The position numbers and the translations under genes were made by a program. From NCBI GenBank assembly GCA_003696775.1, contig RFFS01000116.1, positions 1-57,694 of the forward strand: a stretch of DNA of 57,694 bases, written 5' to 3'. Origin of the DNA: Calditrichota bacterium (GTDB lineage: Bacteria; Calditrichota; Calditrichia; Calditrichales; J004). Below the pieces are notes generated by a model. That model was not told where the DNA came from. It saw only the letters and a program-made list of their open reading frames with translations, and searched no databases. Below are positions 19,326 to 27,393 of the stretch, piece by piece (within the stretch, counting starts at the first letter, position 1; every line of letters starts with the position of its first letter).

Positions 19326-21458
19326 TTATTTCGGTATTACACTAAGGTGGTACATCATAAAACTCCACATGTCCGTGTATTCGGCGATGATTTTGGAAGT
19401 GGGTTTGCCTCCGCCATGACCGGCTTTGCTTTCTATCCGGATCAGGATCGGAGCGTCACCGCCCTGGGCGGCCTGCAGGGCCGCGGCAAATTTAAAACTA
19501 TGGGCCGGCACCACACGGTCGTCATGATCCGCCGTGGAAATCATTGTTGCCGGATAGTGTGTGCCGGGACGGATGTTGTGCAGCGGTGAATAGCCGTAAA
19601 GATATTCAAACATTTCACGGCTGTCGTCGCTGCGTCCGTAATCGCTGGCCCAGGCCCAGCCAATGGTGAATTTATGATAGCGCAGCATATCCAAAACACC
19701 CACGGTGGGCAGAGCCACTTGCATTAAATCGGGACGCTGGGTAAGCACCGCGCCAATGAGCAGGCCACCGTTGGAACGTCCGTACATGGCCAGATGGGAC
19801 GATGAGGTATAGCCCTGATCAATCAGGTATTCCGCCGCGGCGATGAAATCGTCGAATACATTTTGCTTGTTTGTTTTGATGCCGGCCTTATGCCAGGCTT
19901 CACCGTACTCGCCGCCCCCCCGTATATTGGGCACGGCGTAAACAAAACCGTTCTCCAGCAACAACAGATTCACCACACTGAAACGTGGCGTAATACTGAT
20001 GTTAAAACCACCGTATCCGTATAACAAAGTGGGATTTTGACCATTTTGGGTCAGCCCTTTTTTATGAACGATAAACATGGGGATGTCGGTGCCGTCCTTG
20101 CTTTTGTAAAAGACCTGCCGGGTTGTATAGTCATCGGGATTTAAACCGGTTTCCGGCCGGTAATATAACCGTGATGTGTTGGCGGCGACATCATAGGAAA
20201 AAATGGAAGTGGGATAGGTGAAAGAAGAGAAACTGTAATAGGCTGTGTTATCTTCCTTGGAACCGCGTATGGCGCCCACGGTACCGATACCCGGTAATTG
20301 CAGTTGCCCCGCTTCCCGGCCGTCAAGGGTGAATAAGCGCACAACGCTTTTCACATCTTCCATATAGGCGGCGGCGATTTTATCACCGATGCGTGTCGCG
20401 CTGCGTAATACATTTTTACTTTCGGGAATCACGGCATGCCATTTTTCCTTTTGCGCGTGGCGCGGGTCCACGGCCACCAGTTGCCATTTGGGTGCGTCAA
20501 CCGTGGTCATTACCAACAGCTTGTCACCCAGATTGTCAATAACGCTATATTCCTGATCATATCCCGGAAAAACCAGACGTGGCTTGCTGTCGCGCCGCTT
20601 AAAATCCTGCACATAGACCGCGCTGCCGCTGGTACCCTCGGACTCATAGATAATCAGGAAGCGACCGTCATCGGTGGTTTGGGCATAGTTGGTGCGCTGG
20701 GGATGGTTGCGCGACATAAAAATCAGTTGATCTTCTTCTTGCGGCGTGCCGATGGTGTGATAATAGACTTTGTGATATTCATTCTTCGCGGAGTAAGCTT
20801 TACCTTCTTCCGGAGCGTCGTAACGGCTGTAATAAAAACCGTTGCCGCGCCAGGCCATGGACGAAAATTTGATCCATTTTAAATGATCTTTTAATGTTTG
20901 CCCCGTGGCGATATCAATCACGAGAATCTCTTTCCAATCCGATCCGGAACGGGCAAGGGAATAAGCGGCGTATCTGGCATTCGGGCTGACCGAAAAACCG
21001 GAGAGCGCCACGGTGCCGTCTTCGGAAAAGGTGTTAGGATCGAGGAACACACGCGCGCTGTCTTCCCCGTCTTTTTGGATATATATCACCGATTGGTTTT
21101 GTAAACCGCTGTTTTTGGAGAAAAACAGATAAGCCCCTTTACGAAAGGGCACGCCGATTTTAGGATAATTCCAGAGTTTTTCCAGTCGTTTACGTATGCT
21201 TTCCCTGAAGGGGATTTGTTCCAGATAAGCCGAAGTGACGGCCTGTTCTTTTTTTACCCATTCCAGTGTGGCCTCGGAATTGTCATCTTCCAGCCAGCGG
21301 TAAGGGTCGGCAACCCGTTTACCAAAATAGACATCGCTGCTATCGGTTTTGTGGGCAACGGGATAGGGGTCATGGTGAATGTCCGGCAACGCCTTTTGTT
21401 GGCAGGCGGCCAGTACAAACAACAAAATAAACCCGATCAGGGCCTTAATAACAGTCAT
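19326..21458 (-). CDS. Prolyl oligopeptidase (S9A), predicted lipoprotein
   Basis: DPYRWLE, GYGGF, RGGGEYG, G-R-S-N-G-G nucleophile, DDRV, AGHG; lipobox VLAAC. Start at ATG 21458 after AAGGAG. Confidence 0.95.
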   Translation of the reverse strand: MTVIKALIGFILLFVLAACQQKALPDIHHDPYPVAHKTDSSDVYFGKRVADPYRWLEDDNSEATLEWVKKEQAVTSAYLEQIPFRESIRKRLEKLWNYPKIGVPFRKGAYLFFSKNSGLQNQSVIYIQKDGEDSARVFLDPNTFSEDGTVALSGFSVSPNARYAAYSLARSGSDWKEILVIDIATGQTLKDHLKWIKFSSMAWRGNGFYYSRYDAPEEGKAYSAKNEYHKVYYHTIGTPQEEDQLIFMSRNHPQRTNYAQTTDDGRFLIIYESEGTSGSAVYVQDFKRRDSKPRLVFPGYDQEYSVIDNLGDKLLVMTTVDAPKWQLVAVDPRHAQKEKWHAVIPESKNVLRSATRIGDKIAAAYMEDVKSVVRLFTLDGREAGQLQLPGIGTVGAIRGSKEDNTAYYSFSSFTYPTSIFSYDVAANTSRLYYRPETGLNPDDYTTRQVFYKSKDGTDIPMFIVHKKGLTQNGQNPTLLYGYGGFNISITPRFSVVNLLLLENGFVYAVPNIRGGGEYGEAWHKAGIKTNKQNVFDDFIAAAEYLIDQGYTSSSHLAMYGRSNGGLLIGAVLTQRPDLMQVALPTVGVLDMLRYHKFTIGWAWASDYGRSDDSREMFEYLYGYSPLHNIRPGTHYPATMISTADHDDRVVPAHSFKFAAALQAAQGGDAPILIRIESKAGHGGGKPTSKIIAEYTDMWSFMMYHLSVIPK

Positions 21459-21637
21459 GTGTATCTCCTTAAAAAAATGTTGGGTGGAAAACAAGGTACA
21501 AAAAAAAGTATTGACGGTAAACGCCTGGCATTGATCTAATATCGGGGAGGAACTATTCCATGTAATATTGATGATATAAATATGTGGGGTTGGGGGCGTT
21601 TGTTAAAGAGCGGACGTCGTGAAAAAATATGAATGAG

Positions 21638-21668
21638 AAAAAAACGCCTCTCCGAACGAAGAGGCGTT
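21638..21668 (-). terminator. Intrinsic terminator downstream of metK
   Basis: 9-bp stem AACGCCTCT/AGAGGCGTT with an 8-nt loop; T-run on the minus strand (A-run 21638-21644). Confidence 0.8.
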
Positions 21669-21684
21669 GGTCAGGTTTTAGAGA

Positions 21685-22815
21685 TCAGCCTTTCAGTGCG
21701 TCGATCATGTCGGTTTGTTCCCAGCTGAATTCCGCCAGGGCTCTTCCGAAGTGGCCGTAATTGGCTGTTTTACGAAAGATGGGGCGGCGCAGTTGCAGTT
21801 TTTCGATGATGCCGGCCGGTGTAAAATCAAACAAGCCGGCAACGCGGTTAGAAAGTTCCTCGTCGCTCATAACGCCGGTACCGAATGTTTCCACCATCAT
21901 GGAAACCGGCTTGGCCACACCGATGGCGTAAGCCACCTGCAAACCGCATCGTTCCGCCAGACCGGCGGCCACGATATTTTTGGCCACGTAACGGGCAAAG
22001 TAGGCCGCGCTGCGGTCCACTTTTGTCGGGTCTTTACCGCTGAAGGCGCCGCCACCGTGACTGTACATGCCACCGTAGGTATCCACGATGATTTTACGAC
22101 CGGTCAATCCGGCGTCGCCCTGTGGCCCGCCAATAACAAAACGGCCGGTGGGATTTATGAAATATTCCACGGAATCGGAGAGCATATCCGAGGGAATGAC
22201 TTTTTTAATGACTTCCTCGATAATGCCCTCGCGCAGAGCCTTATCTTTCACATCTTCGTCATGCTGGGATGAAACCACCACTTTTTCCACGCTGGTCGGT
22301 TTGCCGTCGATGTAACGGACCGCCACCTGGGCTTTGCCGTCCGGACGTAAAAAGGGCAGGGTGCCGTTTTTACGCGTTTCCGCTAATTGTTTGGTCAATC
22401 GGTGGGCCAGGGCGATGGGCATCGGCATAAATTCCGGTGTCTCTTTTGTGGCATAACCGAACATCATCCCCTGATCACCGGCGCCCGCTTTATCCACACC
22501 CATGGCTATATCCGGCGACTGCTGGTCGATGGTGGTCATCACGGCGCTGGTTTTGTAATCAAAGCCGAAAGCGGCGTCAGTGTAACCGATGTCCTTGATC
22601 ACCGAGCGGGCGATCGTCGGGATATCCACGTAACATTCGGTGGTGATTTCCCCGCCAATCAGGGTAAGACCAGTGGTCACAAAGGTTTCACAGGCCACAC
22701 GGGCAAAGGCGTCGTCTTTTAAAACAGCGTCCAGAACCGCGTCGGAAATCTGATCGGCAATCTTGTCGGGATGTCCCTCGGTCACCGATTCCGAGGAAAA
22801 AAGAAATTCTGACAT
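21685..22815 (-). CDS. metK: S-adenosylmethionine synthetase
   Basis: [37 protein letters not shown]; start ATG 22815 after AGGAG. Confidence 0.98.
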   Translation of the reverse strand: MSEFLFSSESVTEGHPDKIADQISDAVLDAVLKDDAFARVACETFVTTGLTLIGGEITTECYVDIPTIARSVIKDIGYTDAAFGFDYKTSAVMTTIDQQSPDIAMGVDKAGAGDQGMMFGYATKETPEFMPMPIALAHRLTKQLAETRKNGTLPFLRPDGKAQVAVRYIDGKPTSVEKVVVSSQHDEDVKDKALREGIIEEVIKKVIPSDMLSDSVEYFINPTGRFVIGGPQGDAGLTGRKIIVDTYGGMYSHGGGAFSGKDPTKVDRSAAYFARYVAKNIVAAGLAERCGLQVAYAIGVAKPVSMMVETFGTGVMSDEELSNRVAGLFDFTPAGIIEKLQLRRPIFRKTANYGHFGRALAEFSWEQTDMIDALKG

Positions 22816-22839
22816 ATATTCTCCTGTTATGGGCAAACG

Positions 22840-23880
22840 TTAATGGGTTTGCGCCAGTTGTTGTTTCAAATAATCGATATTCGCGATTTTCATGGGGTCT
22901 TTTTTGTTGAGCAGGGCCAGGTAATAACTCACCCAGTCACCCAAAACGATCAGCGAAAAAACCTTTTCAAAAACGGTTTCGCCGGAGGAATAGACTTCGA
23001 TAAGGCCCACGCCGCTTTTTTTGACCAAATCAATGGTATGACCGATACGTTCCTTGATCCTCGGCATGGGGTTTTCATTCTCAAGGAAAACAGCCATCAG
23101 GTTTTCGATGCAGGGCAATTCCATTTCCCAGCCGACGATTTCATTATGGTTCATTTCCGGTAGGACGTTACGGAAGGCCAGGACCTTGCCGTTTTCATGC
23201 AACTGATTTTGCCAGCGACGACTGATGGTTTGTAAAAAAGGCGCCGTGGAATAGAGCACGGGAATATGATGATGTAATGTCTTGGCCAATTCCAGGGCCA
23301 GGATATGTCCGTCGTGTTTTTGACTATCATGCTTAAAAATTTCTTCCTGGATGAAATGGGTTAAACCGGATAAATCTTCATTGTAATGCATCAACAAACC
23401 GTTTTGACCCAGTGTATGGTAAAGACTGAAAAACATAAAACCCAGGGCCATGCGCGGCGGATAATTTTCCGGCAGGGTGATAACCGGCCAGTTGTGTTTG
23501 CCTGCCAATTCCGTCAGAGTACCGCCGGAAGAGACTACCATGATTTGGGCGTCGGTGTCCATGGCGCTTTGCACGGCGCTGAGGGTTTCTTCCGTATTCC
23601 CGGAATAGCTGCAGGCAATAACCAGGCTGTGGGCGCCGCAGTAACCGGGGGCCTGATAGCTGCGGCTGACATGGACAGGGACGGTCAGGTCTTCATAAAG
23701 GGTATCGCGAAGCAAATCTCCGGCAATGGCCGAGCCTCCCATGCCGAGATAAATGATGTGACGTATTCTTGACGTTTCCAGTTGGACCCGGGCTTTTTCG
23801 CTAAGCGACCTGCCTTCGTCTATTTGTTTATGAAAAGAGAGCAGATATTTTTTGAAATTGCTTTTATCCGGAGAAAACAT
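22840..23880 (-). CDS. Bifunctional phosphoglucose/phosphomannose isomerase (SIS, PGI/PMI family)
   Basis: GMGGSAI.GD, SYSGNTEET, PRMA, RW..Q..EN.K, PEMNHNE, I..LK; start ATG 23880 after AAGGAG. Confidence 0.9.
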   Translation of the reverse strand: MFSPDKSNFKKYLLSFHKQIDEGRSLSEKARVQLETSRIRHIIYLGMGGSAIAGDLLRDTLYEDLTVPVHVSRSYQAPGYCGAHSLVIACSYSGNTEETLSAVQSAMDTDAQIMVVSSGGTLTELAGKHNWPVITLPENYPPRMALGFMFFSLYHTLGQNGLLMHYNEDLSGLTHFIQEEIFKHDSQKHDGHILALELAKTLHHHIPVLYSTAPFLQTISRRWQNQLHENGKVLAFRNVLPEMNHNEIVGWEMELPCIENLMAVFLENENPMPRIKERIGHTIDLVKKSGVGLIEVYSSGETVFEKVFSLIVLGDWVSYYLALLNKKDPMKIANIDYLKQQLAQTH

Positions 23881-23881
23881 A

Positions 23882-25642
23882 CTATGCTCCTTGTGTTGAT
23901 GGATTGAGTTGCAGCCGGCGTTCCTCAAGAAAACGTTCACAATGGTTTTCGATATCCCGGGCATGAAATATTTGGGATACATCCCTGTACAACGCCCGGC
24001 AGGCTTCTAAATTTACGGAATGGATTATTTTTTTCACAATGTAAAAATGTGCGGGGGCCACGCTGAATTCGCGCATGCCCATTCCAAGTAACAAGGGAAT
24101 GGCTTTGGGGTCGGCGGCGAACTCTCCACAAACGGATAACGGGGTGTCGGTTTCCCGGGCCGCGGCAATAATCAGTTCGAACATTTTTAACAGAGCCGGT
24201 TCATAAGGGTTATACAAACGACCGATGCGGTTGTTGGTACGGTCCACGGCCAGCGTGTACATGGTCAGATCATTGCTGCCTATGCTGACGAAATCCACAT
24301 GGGGCATCAACGCGGCGGCGGTGACGGCGGCAGCGGGGGTTTCGATCATGATGCCCAGGGGGACACGCTCCGCGGTACCGATGGTGTTCAATCGCAATTC
24401 CTGACGCACCTCGTTAATCAATTCCTTAACATGAAATATCTCGTCCAGATTATTGATCAACGGAATGAGAATATTTAAGGGCCCGTGAGTGGATGCGCGG
24501 AGCAGGGCGCGTACCTGTGTTTTAAATATGGCCGGGTTGTCCAGACTGAAGCGGATGGCCCGCCAGCCTAAAAAAGGATTGGGTTCGTTATATTCCGTGG
24601 CGCCTTTTAGCAGTTTATCCCCGCCCAGATCGAATGTGCGGATGGTGCAGGGCGCGCCTTTCAAATTGCGTATCGTTTTTTTATAAATGCTGAACTGACA
24701 ATGCTCATCGGGGATATTTTCCCGTTCAAACAACAAGGCCTCGGTACGAAATAATCCGACCCCGTCTGCCGCCAACTCCTTTACCTGTCCGGCTTCATGG
24801 GCAAATTCAATGTTTAATTTGAGCTGAATGCGCTCACCGTCACGGGTTTGCGTAGCCGTGGGCCAGGCATCATCCGGCACGATAACGGCGGGGGCGTAAT
24901 CTTTTTGCATGGATTGATATTTTTCCAGAGTGGCCGGCGTGGGATGCAGGATGACTTTTTGACGGACGCCGTCGAGAATAAGTGTGTCCTTATTTTTGAT
25001 CAGCCGGCTGAGATCGGTGTCGTTCACCATGGACGGTATATTCAGTCCGCGGGCAAAGATGGCGGAATGGGAAGTATAGCCACCCTGATCGGTGAGGATG
25101 CCCAACAAAAGATTGCGGTTGAAATTAACGGTGTCCGATGGAGAAAGATTTTCGGCGACGATGATGGCCGGGTAATTGAGCTGATAATCGATGCCCTGGC
25201 CCAATAAGGCCATGATCCATTTCTGGCGCAGATCGATGATGTCGAAGGCGCGTTCCCGGAAAAAGGGATTGTCGAGATTCAGGAAATGGTCGCTTTTGTT
25301 TGAAAGGATTTTATTGACGGCCACGGCGGCCGAACATCCGGTATCCCCAATCTCTTTTTTGATTTCCTCCAGCAGAACGGCGTCTTCCAGAAAGGCCATC
25401 TGGCTTTCAAAAATAGGGCCGAATTGTTCGCCATGAGAAACGTTGTTTCTTTTGAGAGCGAAACGGATTTGATGCAGAACTTTAAGCCGCGCCTGTTCCA
25501 GCAGGTCGGTTTCCGCCTCGGACGACCGGCCGGTTTGGGTGATTTGTTCCGGTTCAAAACTGTAAGGCCGGAATATAAACGCGGCGCCAATGGCAATGCC
25601 GGGAGCGGTCATGCGGGCGTCAAATTCCAGTTCCTTGCTCAT
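23882..25642 (-). CDS. ptsI: PTS enzyme I
   Basis: GG.TSH phospho-His, GLFRTE, RTFDLGGDK, E.NPFLG.R, SIGSNDL, VCGE. Confidence 0.95.
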   Translation of the reverse strand: MSKELEFDARMTAPGIAIGAAFIFRPYSFEPEQITQTGRSSEAETDLLEQARLKVLHQIRFALKRNNVSHGEQFGPIFESQMAFLEDAVLLEEIKKEIGDTGCSAAVAVNKILSNKSDHFLNLDNPFFRERAFDIIDLRQKWIMALLGQGIDYQLNYPAIIVAENLSPSDTVNFNRNLLLGILTDQGGYTSHSAIFARGLNIPSMVNDTDLSRLIKNKDTLILDGVRQKVILHPTPATLEKYQSMQKDYAPAVIVPDDAWPTATQTRDGERIQLKLNIEFAHEAGQVKELAADGVGLFRTEALLFERENIPDEHCQFSIYKKTIRNLKGAPCTIRTFDLGGDKLLKGATEYNEPNPFLGWRAIRFSLDNPAIFKTQVRALLRASTHGPLNILIPLINNLDEIFHVKELINEVRQELRLNTIGTAERVPLGIMIETPAAAVTAAALMPHVDFVSIGSNDLTMYTLAVDRTNNRIGRLYNPYEPALLKMFELIIAAARETDTPLSVCGEFAADPKAIPLLLGMGMREFSVAPAHFYIVKKIIHSVNLEACRALYRDVSQIFHARDIENHCERFLEERRLQLNPSTQGA

Positions 25643-25648
25643 TTCATA

Positions 25649-25915
25649 TTACTCTTCATGAAATTTCAGCTCAAATAATTCCTTAAGGGCGGCGAAAGCC
25701 TCTTCCTCATCCTCTCCATCCACCTGCAGCAGCACTTCGCTGCCGGGTTCGGCGGCCAGCATCATCACCCCCATAATACTTTTCGCGTTGACTTCCAATC
25801 CGTCCTTAAACAGTTTAACATGCGATTTAAACTGCCCGGCGGTTTTAACAAGGTGAGCGGCCGGCCGGGCGTGTAATCCATGCTTGTTATCGATAGTTAG
25901 TACTTCTTCAATCAT
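25649..25915 (-). CDS. ptsH: Phosphocarrier protein HPr
   Basis: GLHARPA (His15) and NAKSIMGV (Ser46). Confidence 0.97.
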   Translation of the reverse strand: MIEEVLTIDNKHGLHARPAAHLVKTAGQFKSHVKLFKDGLEVNAKSIMGVMMLAAEPGSEVLLQVDGEDEEEAFAALKELFELKFHEE

Positions 25916-26703
25916 AAGCTTCCGGAAATTAGTTCAAGTGTCAGGGCCAGCGCCAGCGGTATCGTCATGGCTAAATAGGTGCGTCCTTTTTGGCTTTTCA
26001 GATACGCGGCAACCAGAATACTCAGTATAAAAATCAATAATTCCAACGAATGCGGTGGCAGGGGCGCTATAAAACCGGTCAGTATCCCCACGCTGACCAG
26101 GCCGATCCCCATATACAGCCATTTCAGATATTTGAAATGTTCCATCTTCAGTATGCGGCATACATTATAGCCGTCTTTGTAGCTACGCCAGAATCCCTGA
26201 AAACGTATATACAGATGCGGAATGTTATATAGAATAAAGAGCGAAAGCAGAATTGTCAAATGTTGATGCACATTTTTTGCAAAATAAAAGCCTAAAACAC
26301 CCAGTACAAAAGTCGCCGGGCGGATGATGCTCCAAAATAGCTGATCACCGATGGCGCCGAGCGGGCCGATGAGTACATTCTTAAAATGTTCTTCCTTTTC
26401 CACGCTCACCTTGCCATCCTTAATATCCCATTCCAACCGGGCAATAGCGCCCAGGGCAAAGGAGGCAAAGTATGGGTGGGCGTTGAAAAAGCCCATGTGA
26501 CGCCTTAGAAAATGGTTGTAAGCTTTAGGGTCATCCCCGTAATAAAGCCGGGCGATGGGGGTGAGGGCAAAACTGAAGCCCATGGAAATCATTCCCTTAT
26601 AATTCCATCCGGACTGAATAAACATGGAACGGATGAAAATATTCAGTTTGGTTCCAAAACCTAATTCGGAGAGTGCTTCCGGGTTGTTTTTTACATGATC
26701 CAT
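25912..26703 (-). CDS. PTS mannose/fructose/sorbose-family EIID
   Basis: Q.GWNY..M, RH..FFN.HP, GPLGAIGD.LFW, LYN. Confidence 0.9.
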   Translation of the reverse strand: MDHVKNNPEALSELGFGTKLNIFIRSMFIQSGWNYKGMISMGFSFALTPIARLYYGDDPKAYNHFLRRHMGFFNAHPYFASFALGAIARLEWDIKDGKVSVEKEEHFKNVLIGPLGAIGDQLFWSIIRPATFVLGVLGFYFAKNVHQHLTILLSLFILYNIPHLYIRFQGFWRSYKDGYNVCRILKMEHFKYLKWLYMGIGLVSVGILTGFIAPLPPHSLELLIFILSILVAAYLKSQKGRTYLAMTIPLALALTLELISGSL

Positions 26704-27383
26704 AAACGGTATCCTAAAATAAATATGGAAATAATGCTCATAACGAGATAGCTTTTTGGGCGGTTATAGAGCCCCAGCATCATTCCGATGCCGGTGCCCG
26801 CAAGCGCGATTTCCACAAAACGCCAATGCCCGGCGATAACGGCGGGCACATGCAGATACAAGGTTTCCATCAACCAGGAACCGGTGGCGATGCCGGTGAA
26901 AATCAACAAAACATTCAGCGCCAGGTGCTGGGCCAGCGCCCGCGAAATATAAGGGCCCAGTCGTACCTTTTTATCCTCACGCCTGAGCGCCTGTAATGCG
27001 CTGTCCATAATGCGCTCATTTTGTTTCCGGGCAAAAATATCAATTTGACCGGCCACGTAACTCCAGATAATCACATACAGTATGACCACCAGGAGTAAAA
27101 AATGACCATGATCGGCAAACAGCTTACTGTATTTGATAAACAGCGCCACCCCGATCACCGAAGCCAGATTGCCATCCGGAATAACCGACGCGCCGACCGG
27201 CAGATTGCTGAGCCAAAGCAGTTGTACCAGCGCGCCGAAATAGACCGCTTCCTCAAAATGGCCGGTCAGAATGCCCATTAGCGTGGCGGTAAACAGCGGC
27301 TGAGAAATATTCAGTTGCAGAACATATCTTTGATCGAGACAAATAATTCCGAAAATCAGGCTTATGATTAGGGTATCGATCAC
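26691..27383 (-). CDS. PTS mannose/fructose/sorbose-family EIIC
   Basis: Hydrophobic; QPL....L.G...G and LW...LPVGA.V.PD motifs; GTG start; overlaps EIID. Confidence 0.85.
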   Translation of the reverse strand: MIDTLIISLIFGIICLDQRYVLQLNISQPLFTATLMGILTGHFEEAVYFGALVQLLWLSNLPVGASVIPDGNLASVIGVALFIKYSKLFADHGHFLLLVVILYVIIWSYVAGQIDIFARKQNERIMDSALQALRREDKKVRLGPYISRALAQHLALNVLLIFTGIATGSWLMETLYLHVPAVIAGHWRFVEIALAGTGIGMMLGLYNRPKSYLVMSIISIFILGYRLWIM

Positions 27384-27393
27384 TTAATTGTCC

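Noticed and set aside
21500-21680. Possible plus-strand promoter (TTGACG, 18 bp, TCTAAT) for a small RNA ending at the metK terminator
   Set aside because: The -10 lacks the conserved second A, no RNA structure is evident, and the hairpin has its T-run only on the minus strand.
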